Shown: positions 14,079 to 27,895, counted from the first letter of the stretch. The stretch is DNA of 64,000 nucleotides from Balanoglossus misakiensis (GCA_040954595.2 CM082591.2:8932759-8996758); one strand, 5' to 3'. The notes: a model not told the origin generated them from the sequence alone. Numbers and translations: made by a program.

Positions 14079-15194
14079 GTGAAAGCATCTTCAAACGGAA
14101 CACCACAAACTTCAATATCATTCAAAATGCCGCTCCAGCGAAATCAAATATTGCTTCTCATATCTTGTATCCGAAGTATGATGGTGATATTGTCTGTAGT
14201 CTCCGTGGTCATCCATCTCCCAATGTATTCTGAAGAACGGGAAGTGTATCATCTAGCGCAGTTGGTTGATGGTCTGTCGTTTATCCAGATCTTGACACGT
14301 CTGTTGTGTGACATCCTGCGTCCACCTTTACGACGACCACCAACCATATACAACCTGCTTTTTTCAAACGATGATGGTATTGGCCGAGGTAATGGCGTAG
14401 ATGTTTGGACATCATTACAAGGACGTCCTCGCCATTTCTGGATGTTAACTGGAGAAACCATTCAATCGATGGAAGCTAGTATACATGACCTGGAACCGAA
14501 TCTACGTCGTCATCCTGCCATGGATTAAAGAAATCGTTTTCTTCTCACTTTTATTTGGCTACGGCATTATCCTACTCTAGACTTACTAGCAGCGTGGTTT
14601 GGGGTAAGCAACACGACTATTCATAGAGAAATACGTCACCTTCTCTCATTAATTTGGCATTACTTTCGACGTAGCGTCCGCTGGCCATCGTTGGAACGCT
14701 TTGGACAACTACGTGGACAATGGGAACATTTTCCTAATGCCGTAGGTACAATCGATGGTACTCTACATGAAATATATCGTCCCGAAGTTGAAGAACAGCA
14801 TAACTTTTACAGTGGATACGCTCGTCATCATGCAATGAGCACCCAAGTTATTGTGGACAATCAATGTAACATTATTTTCATTCAGTCGGGATTTCTGGGA
14901 CATGCTAATGATGCCGTGCAGTACAGATTGTTACCATCGATAGTGTTGAAAGGTGAATTGCAGATTCCACGAGATGTATATTTTTTGGCTGACCAAGGAT
15001 ACCCAAATATGTATCCGCTATTAACGAGATTTCCAACCCGTGAGTTGCGTGGTCCGTACCGCCCAGAGATGCTCGTATTCAATAGAGAATTTAATTTTGC
15101 CCGAGTTTATGTTGAACATGCCATAAAATATATGAAAACTTATAGGGCAATTAATTCTGTTTATCGGCACCCACGTTGGCTAATGCCGATTATT
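14079..15194 (+). pseudogene. IS5-like PIF/Harbinger-ISL2EU DDE transposase (HTH + DDE_Tnp_4-like), 3'-truncated
   Basis: ORFs 14079-14528 and 14691-15197 share a frame and are separated by one TAA. Motifs WLRHYP..FGVSNTT, GTIDGT, YSG, GHAND, LADQGY and RVYVEHAI. It is cut by foldback copy 2. Confidence 0.85.
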
Positions 15195-18100
15195 TAGACC
15201 ATGAGCCAGTAGGGGTTTACCTCCCCCCCCCCCCCCCCCGGAGGAATTTTCTAGACAATGTTTTTCTGAAAGCCTATCATATACTGAGTAAAATTCACTT
15301 TGTTTGCCATCTGGGCACCGGGGCGTTTTCGAGTTATTGGCTTCTAAATTATATTGGGTAACGTATGTAGGAAAGCCTAAAAGTGCATATAAATTGACGT
15401 AGGGGGGTAAATTAGTCTTGTAAAATACTGTCTCTCTGAACGTATACCTATGACAAATCATGACATCATAGTGACATCATAAGTCAAAATACCCTTACGA
15501 AAATGGTGTTCTGTTCACCTATAAATGTGAGGTTTTGCAAAACATGTCTCTGTGCAATTGCACTGATGAAAACTGTGATGTGTCTGATATCATCAGAAAG
15601 CTGATTGAGTAAAGTATCTAATTATTGCAAAACATTGATATAATAATCAATTACGTCATCATTACGTCATACTTCCAAGTACCCTTACCAATTAGTGACT
15701 ATGATGACAAGTTATTACCCTAGGAGATAGGTGCCTTTAAATAAAAAAATTAATAAGGAAGGTTTGTGAAGTCCATTCTATGTAAAAATGGTGCTGATTC
15801 CAAAAAAGTCAGTTTTATTGACCCTACCCAAGACAAAATTGCCATTTTCGCACTTTTTAACCCAAAAAAGGTCATTTTTAGAAAACACTAAAAACACACT
15901 GTTTTCGTCACATTCGAAGATCTGATGACATATGATATGCCTATTCTATGTAAAATTTGGTTGATATTGCGAAAATAGCAGTCTGACTGACCCCACCCAA
16001 GACAAAATTGCCATTTGGGCACTTTTTAACCCAAAAAAGGTCATTTTTAGAAAACACTAAAAACACACTGTTTTCGTCACATTCGAAGATCTGATGACAT
16101 ATGATATGCCTATTCTATGTAAAATTTGGTTGATATTAGGAAAAAAGCAGTCTGACTGACCCCACCCAAGACAAAAATGCCATTTTGGCACTTTTTAACC
16201 CAAAAAAGGTCATTTTTAGAAAACACTAAAAACACACTGTTTTCGTCACATTCGAAGATCTGATGACATATGATATGCCTATTCTATGTAAAATTTGGTT
16301 GATATTGCGAAAAAAGCAGTCTGACCGACCCCACCCAAGACAAAATTGCCATTTTGGCACTTTTTAACCCAAAAAGGTCATTTTTAGAAAACACTAAAAA
16401 CACACTGTTTTCGTCACATTCGAAGATCTGATGACATATGATATGCCTATTCTATGTAAAATTTGGTTGATATTACGAAAAAAGCAGGCTGACTGACCCC
16501 AAACGAGACAGAATTGCCTTTTTGACCATTTTTTGCCCAAAAACGTCATTTTTAGACAAAACTTAAAACACACTCTTCTCTTCATATTGATTGATTTGAT
16601 GATATATGGAAAGTCAATTCTATGTGTAAAATGGTGACTATAAAACATAAAGCAGTCTTTTTGACCCCAATCAATACAAAAATGCCATTTTTGGCCACAT
16701 TTTTGAGGTCAACAAGGTCATTTTTACAAAAAACTAAAAACAAACTGTTTTCTTCATATTCAGAGATCTGATTATGTATGAACAGTCCATTCTATGTATA
16801 AAAAAATCTGATTGACCCCATTCTAGTCAAAATTGCGTTTTTGGCAATTTATTGCCTAAAAAGACGTACTTAAGACAAATTTATCATTTTAAACATTTTC
16901 TAGAGAAAAAAATGTTTGCAACTAATAATAAATAAAAGTCCATTCTATCTTAAAAGTAGCGATTTTTCCAAAAAAGCACTCTTACTGACTCCACAGAGGG
17001 AAAAAAGTGCCATTTTGGCCACTTTGCTCAAAAAAGGTAAGTGCTTGAAACTTCTTTCTTTATTTTCAGAGATCTTATGATGTACGGAGAAGGTCCATTT
17101 TTGTTGAAAGGGAGCCGATTCCAAAAAAAAAATATTTTCAGCCCTACAAATTGTCATTTTGGCCATTTTTTGGTCAAAAAGGTCATTTCAAGAAAAAATG
17201 AAAACAAGCTGTTTTCTTCGTATTTAAATGTTTGATTATGAATGGAAAGTCCATTTTTTGCAAAAAATATGCTGATACCAACACAACAGTCTTATTAAGA
17301 CCCCACTAAATACAAAATTGCCACTAAGCCATCTTCTAGTCAACAATTGTCTTTTTCATATAACAAAATAATTGGTGTTTTTTGCCTTTTGAGTTTTGAT
17401 GTTATATTTGCATATTTAAAATGTCATACCATATGATATCAGTTGAATTGATGATATTGAAAGGCAGAGTTGCCACAAGTTGGCACATTTAGCCTAAAAT
17501 GGAACTCAACAATAAAACGGGACGATCCATGTATTCACACTGTATACTATAAGTCGGTTATACATGGTATAACTTTTTTTATGTACATCTATACCAGCTC
17601 CGGATAGATTTTTGACATTTATCCTCAGAAATTATATTATATCATGATACCTCCGTCATTTTGATTGTACAGGGGTGCAATCCCACGATGCTAAATACTC
17701 AATAGAGCTAAAACTGGCCCCTGAACTAGCACACAGCAGGGAAAATGTGGGTTTAAACCTAATAAATATAATAAAATTTCTTAAATTCCTTGACGGTTCA
17801 TTTTGGAGATGCTCTAAGTGAATATTTGGGACTTTGCCATGTGCAGTGCCTGTCTTTTTGTCGCCTGTATCATGGTCCTGGGCGACGTGTTTAGATTCAT
17901 CGATGCGACTTTGGTTCAATTCGTATAACTTCTTTTACTCTCGACGCTGTTTCATCATCATTATGAGTTCAATTTGGGCTATCTCCAAATGCAAACATTT
18001 TTTTCTCTAGAAAATGTTTAAAATGATAAATTTGTCTTAAGTAGGTCTTTTAGGCAATTAATTGCCAAAACGCAATTTTGACTAGAATTGGGTCAATCAG

Positions 18101-19425
18101 ATTTTTTTTACATAGAACGGACTTTTAATACATAATCAGATCTCTGAAGAATTCAAAACAGTTTGTTTTTAGTTTTTTTTGTAAAAATGACTTTTTTGAC
18201 CTCAAAAATGTGGCCAAAAATGGCATTTTTGTATTGATTGGGGTCAAAAAGACTGCTTTATGTTTTATAGTCACCATTTTACACATAGAATTGACTTTCC
18301 ATATATCATCAAATCAATCAATATGAAGAGAAGAGTGTGTTTTAAGTTTTGTCTAAAAATGACGTTTTTGGGCAAAAAATGGTCAAAAAGGCAATTCTGC
18401 CTCGTTTGGGGTCAGTCGGACTGCTTTTTTCGTAATATAAACCAAATTTTACATAGAATAGGCATATCATATGTCATCAGATCTTCGAATGTGATGAAAA
18501 CAGTGTGTTTTTAGTGTTTTCTAAAAATGACCTTTTTGGGGCAAAAAAGTGCCAAAATGGCAATTTTGTCTTGGGTGGGGTCAGTCAGACTGCTTTCTCC
18601 GTAATATCAACCAAATTTTACATAGAATAGGCATATCATATGTCATCAGATCTTTGAATGTGACGAAAACAGTGTGTTTTTAGTGTTTTCTAAAAATGAC
18701 CTTTTTTGGGTTAAAAAGTGCCAAAATGGCAATTTTGTCTTGAGTGGGGTCAATAAGACTGACTTTTTTGGAATCAGCAACATTTTTTACATAGAATGGA
18801 CTTCACAAACCTTCCTTACCAATTGTTTTTATTTAAAGGCACCTATCTCCTAGGGTAATAACTTGTCATCATAGTCACTAATTGGTAAGGGTACTTGGAA
18901 GTATGACGTAATGATGACGTAATTGATTATTATATCAATGTTTTGCAATAATTAGATACTTTACTCAATCAGCTTTCTGTTGATACCAAACACATCACAG
19001 TTTTCATCAGTACAATTGCTCAGAGACGTGTTTTGCAAAACCTCACATTTATAGGTGAACAGAACACCATTTTCGTAAGGGTATTTTGACGTATGACGTC
19101 ACTATGATGTCATGATTTGCCATATCACTTTTATTTTGTAATTAATGGAAAGCTTGTTTATTAAGCTTTCTTTTGATACCAAATACTTCCCTGTTGTTCT
19201 AGGTATACATTCAGAGAGACAGTATTTTACAAGACTAATTTACCCCCCTACGTCAATTTATATGCACTTTAGGCTTTCCTACATACGTTACCCAATATAA
19301 TTTAGAAGCCAATAACTCGAAAACGCCCCGGTGCCCAGATGGCAAACAAAGTGAATTTTACTCAGTATATGATAGGCTTTCAGAAAAACATTGTCTCAAA
19401 AATTCCCCTACTGGCTCATGGTCTA
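15195..19425. mobile_element. Foldback element, copy 2 (most complete)
   Basis: TAGACCATGAGCCAGTAGGGG...CCCCTACTGGCTCATGGTCTA, with inverted arms of ~1.4-1.7 kb around a ~1-kb core. No TSD (ATT versus AGA). Confidence 0.9.
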
Positions 19426-19491
19426 AGACCCTTTCTTCGAAGATGCATGCTGAGCATTCTCTGCTGTGTTATTCTCACCAATTGCGCTGAT

Positions 19492-19580
19492 GCATTTCCG
19501 GATTATATTCCGTCCTCGCATGGATCGATCGCTCTTGTTGTACCTGTTTCAAGTGTACCATGTGAAAGGGGTTTCAGAAC
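19492..19580 (+). pseudogene. hAT transposase dimerization-domain remnant
   Basis: FP...IALVVPVSSVPCERGF matches the hAT C-terminal P.SS..(C/S)ER.FS motif. Confidence 0.65.
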
Positions 19581-19623
19581 CGTATCATGTGTGCGAAACG
19601 TAGTCGTCTACCTGACCGTCGCG

Positions 19624-19687
19624 TAGCCCTGCGTACATGTCTGGGTGTTCCCGGCGTTGCGAGCACACAGACCTGTACGCAGGGCTA
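19624..19687. repeat. 64-bp mini inverted-repeat element with TAG...CTA ends
   Basis: TAGCCCTGCGTACATGTCTG ... CAGACCTGTACGCAGGGCTA. Confidence 0.6.
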
Positions 19688-19967
19688 CGTGGCGTTGCTA
19701 ATCTAATGCTGATAAGCCATTCACATGATTCATGGTCCAGCAATGCCCTGGGAGCGCTGCGAGCGCTGCGAGATTTCTATATTGACCAGACTGTGGCCAT
19801 TTTCAATGTAAAGCCGCGAAAAAAATGAATAGTAATCAAACTAAACTCTTTGATGTTATACCCATTTAATATCAAATCTTGTCTGTTCTGAGTTTACCAT
19901 TCAAAGTGTTAGACTGCACTGTCATTGATACAGTAGTTATAATTTTGGTTATTTTTTGAATTTTCAG

Positions 19968-22380
19968 AAAACTTCATGACTTGTGGCAGTGCATCCATGA
20001 AGTTGAAGAAAGAAATTTTGAGAATATGGATACAGATGATCCAGGTGATTTTTCTTTTGGTGATTTTTGTTCTTTTGACAATAATGACAATGAACAATCG
20101 TCCGAAGAAGAATCCGACAACATGGGTGAATTAAAAGGTCTACAAGATACCGATGCATTTATATATGAAGGTGCTCAAATTAATTTAGCAACAAGCATGC
20201 TTCATTTGTGCAGAAACATTGCCTCACTTCTGAGGGTACCTCTGAATTGCTACAGCTTTTGCAACTTCATTGTAAAACTGGAAACTGTTTACCTAAGACA
20301 CTGTATTCCTAAAAGAAATTTTTTAGTGATATGCAGCAGCCAATGATTTATCACAAGTATTGTTCATATTGTTTACTTGGCGTTCAGACACCTGACAGTG
20401 TTAATGATAAATGTCAATATGCAGTCTGTGGGAAAAGTTTGAACGTTGAAGGAGGTATTTCGGGGTTTGTTGAGATCCCAATAAAAACTCAGCTTCAGTC
20501 ACTTTTCAATCGGCCAGATTTTGCTGAACGTTTGCAGTGTAGATTTAAATGGGTTAAACATCAGGCAGGAGCTATTGAAGACATTTATGATGGCAAACTT
20601 TATTCAACTTTAGTTAATGAAGCCATTGTGAAAACAGAATATGATTTAACCTTTATTTTCAATACAGATGGGGCATCACCCTTTCGAAGCTCAAAAACCA
20701 GTTTATGGCCAATTTATCTTATGATCAATGAATTAACATATTCAGAGAGAAAACGACCTGAAAACATGATCCTGGCAGGTTTATGGTTTGGCAAAAACAA
20801 ACCAAAATGTCCCTGTTTTTGCGTCCCACAATTGCATCACTCAAGCATTTGGAACAAGGTGTAAAATTGAACATCCCAGGTAAGGAAGAGCAGGTGGAGT
20901 GTAAGGGGATATTGTTGGCCACAGTTACAGATTTACCAGCCAGGGCATGCATTTGCTCCATGAACCAGTATAATGGTGAGTCATCCTGTATTAAATGCCA
21001 GCAAACAGGAAAAGTGGTGAAGGTCGGATAGGGTCAACAAGGGTCTTTCCCCAGTGTATGGACAATTTGGATGGGTCTGCCAGAATTGATGAATCAGTGC
21101 AAAATGATTCTGTAAATGTGGTTCAATTAAACAAACCTGTCAATGGCATAAAGGGTCCATCATGGTTGTAACATTTGTCATCTTTCAGTTTTGTTCGTGG
21201 TAATGTGATTGACTACCTCCATGGTGTATGTCTTGGTGTGACTAAACTTTTGCATTCACTCTGGTTTTCTACTGCACACACAAATGAAATATTTAGTATT
21301 TCAGACAGATTTGATCTTGTCAATGAACGACTTCTTGACATATCACCACCTGATTACATGTCTTGGCTCCCCAGGTCAATGGATGATTCCAAATACTAGA
21401 AAGCATCCGAGTGGAGGAATTGGCTGTTATACTTTGGTCCAGCTATTCTGAGTGACATATTGATGCCAGAATACTATGCACATTTTATGTTATTTTGTGA
21501 GGCCATTTTTTTGCTGTTGAAAGAGTCCATACTGAAAGAGGATATTGCACGCAGTAGGGCACTTCTAGCTCAGTTTGTTGCCATGTTTCCGGTCATGTAC
21601 AAGGAAAGTGCAATGACTCTCAATGTTCATCAGCTGATCCACCTTCCTGATGATGTTCTGTATGTTGGTCCATTGTGGTGTTGCTTTCCATTTGAAGATG
21701 CAAATGGATTTTTGTTGAAGTTGTTCAATGGCACACAACATATTGAGAAGCAGATAGTACATGCTGTGGCAGTCATACAGAAGGTTCCTGAGCTTGTACA
21801 ATCCACTGACAAGGACAATGTGGCATATAAATTATACTGCAGACTATCAAAAAAAAAATCCAAAACACCAAGGCCATTTGCTTGAAAATCAAATATATCT
21901 AATAGGATCGTCAAAACTGGAAAAAGAAATACCTCCTCCATACTTGGGTGCAATCAGACGAAAATGTGTGTACCAGATTGCAAAAATAATCTCTTTCAAA
22001 CGAATTAAATTAAAGGGGGCAATATTTTTTTCTCAAGCATACTCACGCATGCACTTGAGAAACAGTTATACAGTTGAATTTATGCAATCTCACTCAGCAA
22101 TGTATGGTTTCATTGAACTTTTCCTTCAAGTGAAGCCAATGTGTCAGTGTGTAGGTACCTGTTCCTGTTTGACTGAAAATTTTGCTAGGGTGCATCATTT
22201 GCCAGTGGTACAGAACCACACAAGTGCTGTTTCGTATATGAAGAGAGTGAGCCAAATCACTCCAGGCAGAATAATTGCTGTGAATCTAAATGATATCAAG
22301 AGAAAATGTGTCTTTGTACATGTTAATGATTCAGATTTAGATTTTGTGTGTACAGTGCCAAATACTTTGGAGAAAGATTT
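19968..22380 (+). pseudogene. EnSpm/CACTA (Transposase_21/TnpD-like) transposase with stops and frameshifts
   Basis: Motifs DIYDG.LY, FNTDGASPFRSS..SLWPI, DLPARA..NQYNGESSC..C, DYLHGVCLGV, (W>stop)KASEWRNWLLY, NVHQLIHL, FPFEDANG and PN..EKD are spread over several frames. Confidence 0.9.
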
Positions 22381-25300
22381 ACCCTAGGAGATAGGTGCCG
22401 TTAATCAGAATTTTTGGTGAGGAAGGTTTGAGAAGTCCATTATATGTAAAAAATGGTGCTGATTCCAAAAAGGTCAGTCTTATTGACCCAACTCAAGACA
22501 AAATTGCCATTTTGGCCATTTTTAACCCAAAAATTGTCTTTTTTAGAAAACACTAAAAACACACTGTTTTCGTCACATTCTGAGATCTGATGACATATGA
22601 TATGCTTATTCTATGTAAAATTTGGTGAATATTACGAAAAAAGTAGTCTGATTGACCCAAAACAACACAAAATTGCCTTTTTGACCATTTTTTGCCCAAA
22701 AAAACGTCATTTTTAGAAAAAATTAAAAAACACGATTTTCTTCATAATGATTGATCTGGTATATATATGGAAAGTCAATTCTATTTTAAAAGTGGTGACT
22801 TTAAAATATAAAGCAGTCTTTTTGACCTCAATCAATACAAAAATGCCATTTTTGGCCACTTTTTGAGGTCAAATAATGTCATTTTTACAAAAAAACTAAA
22901 AACAAATTGTGTTCTTCATATTCAGAGATCATGTGATATATGAAATGTCCATTCAATGTAAAAAATGGTGCTGATTCCAGAAATAGCAGTCTTATTGATC
23001 CTACTCAAGTAAAAATGCCATTTTTGCCACTTTTTGCCCCAAAAACGTCATTTTCAGAAAACACTCAAAATTTATATATTTTCTTCACTTTCGGAGATCT
23101 GATAATGTATTATATGCCCACTATATGTGAAAAATTTCCAAAAAAGCAATTTTATTGATGCCACTCAAGATAAAAGTGCCTGTTTGGCAAGTTTTTGCCC
23201 AAAAGTGTCATTTCTAGAAAATACGAAAAATATGCCATTTTCTTCCCATTGGTGATCTAATGATAAATAAAAGTAGGGACATTTAAAAAAAATACACTCT
23301 TACTGACCCCACAGAGGGAAAAAAATACCATTTTGGCCTCTTTGCTCAAAAAGGTAATTGTTAGAAAAAATAAATTCAAACTTATTCCTTCATATTCAGA
23401 GCCCTTGTGATGTATGTAAATTCGTTTTTGTTTTGTTTTGTTTTTTTGTGTGCAAAAAATATGCTGATACCAGCACAACGGTCTTATTGACAAAATTGCC
23501 ATTTAGCCATCTTTTGGTCAACAATAGGCATTTTCAGAAAACAAATATAATTGATGTTTTTGCCTTTTGTGTTCTGATGTTGTATATGCATATTTAAAAC
23601 GCCATAACCATATAATATCAATTAAATTGATGTTATTGAAAGACAGGGTTGCCACAATTTGGCACATTTAGCCCAAAATTGAACTCAACAATAAGATGAT
23701 CCATGTATACGCACTGTCTACTATAAGTCGATTATGCGTGGTGTGAAATATTTAGGTTCAGATATGCCAGCTCGGGAGAGATTGTTGAAATTTATTCTTT
23801 TCAATCTGAATACAAAATCAGAAATTAATTATATTATAATTTATACCATGATACCTCCGTCATACTGATTGGACAGGAGTGCAACCCAACGATGCTAGAA
23901 TACTCAATAGAGCACTGCTAAAACTGGCCCCTGAACTAGCGCGCAGCAGGGAAAATGTGGGCTTAAACCAAATAAACATAATAAAAACACTAACATTCCT
24001 TGACGTTTTAATTTGGAACTGCTGTATGGGAATATTTGGGCAATGTGCAATGTATTTTTCTTGAGTAGATCTATTTTTGGTTACAAATAGCCTAAAAGGC
24101 AATTTTGACTAGAGTGGGGCAAACCAGACTGCCGTTTTTGGAATAGTCTCCAAATTTTACACAGAATGGACTTTTCATACATGATCAGATCTCTGAATAT
24201 GAAGAAAACAATTTGTCTTCAGTTTGCTTGTTTTTAATGAACATTTTTGACCAAAAAAGTGGCCGAAATTACAAATTTCAATTGAATAGGGTAAGTAAGA
24301 CTTCTGTTTTTGGAACAGTAACCACGTTTCAATATAGAATGGGCTTTTATTTATAATAAGATCACCAAAAGTGAAGACAAGAGAATGCTATTAATATATT
24401 CTTAAAAATAACAATTTTGTGCAAAACTTAGCCAAAAAGGCGATTTCATCATGGCATTTCTGGAAACAACACCTATTTTACAATAAATGTACTTTTCACA
24501 CATCATAGAATCTCCAAATAAGAATCAAACAGTTTGTTTTTAATGATTTTCGAAAAGTGGCTTTTTAGGCAAAAACTTGTCAAAAAAGAACTGTTTCCTT
24601 AAGTTGCGCCAGTAAAACTTTTATTTTTAATTTTTTCACATAGAGTGGGTATATAATACATCATCATCTCCGAAAGTGAAGAAAATATAAAAGTTTTGGG
24701 TGTTTACTAGAAATGACACTTTTGGGCAAAAACTTGCCAAACGGGCACTTTTATCTTGAATGGCATCAATAAAACTGCTTTTTTGGACATTTTTCACATA
24801 TAGTGGGCATATAATACATTATCAGATCTCCGAAAGTGAAGAAAATATATAAATTTTGAGTGTTTTCTAAAAATGACGTTTTTGGGCAAAAAGTTGCAAA
24901 AATGGTATTTTTTTCTTGAGTAGGGTCAATAAGACTGCTATTTCTGGAATCAGCGCCATTTTTTACATAGAATGGACATTTCATATATCCAATGATCTCT
25001 GAATATGAAGAACACAATTTGTTTTTAGTTTTTTTGTAAAAATGACTTTTTTCACCTCAAAAAGTGGCCAAAAATGGCATTTTTGTATTGATTGAGGTCA
25101 AAAAGACTGCTTTATATTTTAAAGTCACCACTTTTAACATAGAATTGACTTTCCATATATCACCAGATCAATCATTATGAAGAAAACCGTGTGTTGTAAA
25201 TGTTTTCTAAAAATGACGTTTTTTGGGCAAAAAATGGTCAAAAAGGCAATTTTGTGTTGTTTTGGGTCAATCGGACTACTTTTTTCGTAATACTCACCAA

Positions 25301-25537
25301 ATTTTACATAGAATAAGCATATCATATGTCATCAGATCTCAGAATGTTGCGAAAACAGTCTGTTTTTAGTGTTTTCTAAAAAAGACCATTTTTGGGTTAA
25401 AAATTGCCAAAATGGCAATTTTGTCTTGAGTGGGGTCAATAAGACTGACTTTTTTGAAATTAGCACCATTTTTTACATAGAATGGACTTCTCAAACCTTC
25501 CTCACCAAAAATTCTGATTAACGGCACCTATCTCCTG
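22380..25537. mobile_element. Foldback family, copy 3 (inner module only, diverged subfamily)
   Basis: TACCCTAGGAGATAGGTGCCGTTAATCAGAA ... TTCTGATTAACGGCACCTATCTCCTG. It has the same repeat units and core as copies 1 and 2. Confidence 0.85.
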
Positions 25538-25611
25538 GACTAATTAGATTTTAATATAGGGTTATTTTACAAAATATTGCCATGTACCGGTATGGACTCT
25601 GTATGTGGGGT

Positions 25612-26610
25612 ATTATATTATAGCTTTATCAATACCAGTGAATTTTGTGACGTCATAGCTATACATTATTACTGATAATGTATCGTGTTATTCGATGGAC
25701 GCGCGACGCGCCCAAGAACCATTGGACGTGTACAATTTCCGACTGAATAACGGAGGATTTCAAACAATGCGAACATTTTAAGGGCTAAAAAAGAAATGCA
25801 AACGTACACAGAATAAATACGGCGATATTTATTAATTTCCAAATCTGTCCTCGACTGGCGTTTTGTTTATTTTGTCTTCCTACGGCTGCAGTACATGTCG
25901 TCTGCTCTTGAATCACGCGCAGTCAACATGGCTCGCTCACGCACGTAAAGCAAACCTCTCGATGATGCTGGATTTGACATTCGTTCACCATACATACCGT
26001 GTACTATGTACCAAGCAGTCATGTCAACGAAGCTGTACGTAAAAAAAAATTATGCCACTGTCATGTTGTCTACGCGGTTCGAAGGGTCGATCGAGAGCGA
26101 GTTTGTTTATGTATTGCAACCTTCCGAGCGCCCGTATACGTGAACTTTCCTGAGAACGCAAACGAATTCAAATATTCCCCGAGTCCTCCCCAAGATTACA
26201 CAAAAATCGAAACTTTTTCAGATATATTTCAGCAGAACCCTTAAATGAATTTTCACATGCGTAAATAAACCTTCATTATTTATTTCCTGATGTTTGAATA
26301 TGATACTAGAAATGTACAGTACACTGACGCACCGGGATCAGGTGACCTTTTGTTTACGCGTACGCCATTGCTCTGTTCTCGATCTCCGTGTCCGAGTCTG
26401 AATTGTTTGCACCTATACTTTTTGAAGTCTGCAAATTCACTGGCATTGACAAAACTATAAAATAATGAGAATAATGAACGCCGCAAAGACCCATAATGGA
26501 CTCAAGCACACATTGTGCTCCATAATATACTCGGCTTCGCCTTGTATATTATGACGCACAATGTGTGCTTTCGTCCATTATGGGTCTTTGGGGCATTCAT
26601 TATTCTCTAA
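25612..26610. mobile_element. Non-autonomous Crypton-like element (inverted repeat pair plus long terminal hairpin)
   Basis: TATAGCTTTATCAATACCAGTGAATTT (~25620) pairs with AAATTCACTGGCATTGACAAAACTATA (~26433). A ~140-bp hairpin at 26468-26608 has a CTCGGCTTCGCC loop. Confidence 0.55.
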
Positions 26611-26616
26611 TTGGAT

Positions 26617-27117
26617 CACGGGCGTCATGGAACAATAAAGTGTATAGATATTAATAAACTTATCATAAACGCGACGTCCTCAATGAACAAAGAATAAAAT
26701 ATTTCATGGGTTTGTTTGGTGTGGACGAGAAATGCACTAAAGCTAGGTCAGTGTTAACTTTATGTGCAAAACCACACCGTACGCGTACCTCTATAGGGGA
26801 TAGGCACCGTGTGTGTATACGATCTCGTCTTCAGCAGTAAAGGCGATGTCTACGCATGCGTGCGCGCCCGCAAGTGATCTGTGTACGAACGCGTCTGTCC
26901 TGGCTAGCAACGGAGTCGTACGATCGTCTGCTCCATCACTTCCGCGTTCGGCGGCGCTAGTGCGTTCGCTCGCATATTTTGCGAGTCCAGCCGTAGCTAG
27001 GCCGTTCGTGAGTGTAGTTCTCGTTCACATAAAAAAAAGGAATAAAATAATTTATTGTGTGTTCGTTTAGACCTATGCTAAATTATCCATATACTTTATT
27101 GTTCCATGACGCCCGTG
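26617..27117. mobile_element. P-superfamily MITE (501 bp)
   Basis: TIR CACGGGCGTCATGGAACAATAAAGT at both ends (CANRG terminus), with a 7-bp TSD ATTGGAT at 26610-16 and 27118-24. Confidence 0.85.
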
Positions 27118-27349
27118 ATTGGATTTGCCTACATTAAAGCTTCTCCAACACACTACATACATGGAGTCCTCATTCATAGCCCTATATTACATCTGACTTA
27201 CATCTGAATCTAAATTAATCACTCTTCTTTTTCTACTTGTGTGAATTCCATAAGAAAAAAACATTATATTCATTAGTCTCATGCAATGCATCATATGAAA
27301 AAGATTCTGATTAGAAATAGTTTGAAGACTGAACAAATATTTTTTTTTA

Positions 27350-27692
27350 TCAGAATCTAATAAGAATTTTATCTACTTATAAGAATCATATAGGAATTGT
27401 GTTTGCTTAGTATTATGTCAGATGTTTGAGCATTGAACATTTTTACACAATTTTTTTTTCAGATTCTTATAAGAATCAAATTTTCTTATAAGAATCTAAT
27501 AAGTTTTGTTAAAAATCTGAACTGAACTTAGAATGTTATAAGAAGTCAACTGATGAATTCTTATACATTTCTCATATGATTCCTTTTAATTTCTTATATG
27601 ATTCCTTTTCTTATAAGTATCTTATATGAATCTTATAAACTTATAAGAATCTTATAAGAATCTTATAAGATTCTTATAAGATCTTATAAGAA
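27350..27692. repeat. Right subterminal CTTATAAG array of the CACTA element
   Basis: Clustered TCTTATAAGA motifs, densest at 27610-27690. Confidence 0.9.
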
Positions 27693-27754
27693 GAAACCGT
27701 ACGGGTGACATACTAATTGAAAGCATTCAACACCCTACGAGGATTCGTGCTATC

Positions 27755-27895
27755 CTTGTTAGTCTCAGCCAGGTGAAGTCCGGAAATGGGGACTTATAGA
27801 TTGGGCTCTGCCAGTGCGTGCATCCGTGCACGTGTCGTTTCACCGACATGCCTGGGTCGATTTTTTTCAAACTTGACACAGGTATGCAACATGTC
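27755..27895 (+). mobile_element. Helentron-associated (HINE/DINE-1-like) fragment
   Basis: TTGTTAGTCTC..GGGGACTTATAGATTGGG..GTGCGTGCATCCGT..GATTTTTTTCAAACTTG follows the usual HINE layout. Confidence 0.4.

Larger units (their letters stand above)
8695..27705. mobile_element. EnSpm/CACTA DNA transposon (~19 kb including nested insertions)
   Basis: Ends are CCTGTAC...(8695) and ...GTACGGG (27705), with a 2-bp TSD TG at 8693-94 and 27706-07. Both ends carry CTTATAAG subterminal arrays, and a CACTA-type transposase lies inside. Confidence 0.85.

Noticed and set aside
22382-22395. CCCTAGGAGATA resembling the piggyBac TIR CCCTAGAAAGATA
   Set aside because: No TTAA flanks any copy and no piggyBac transposase is present.
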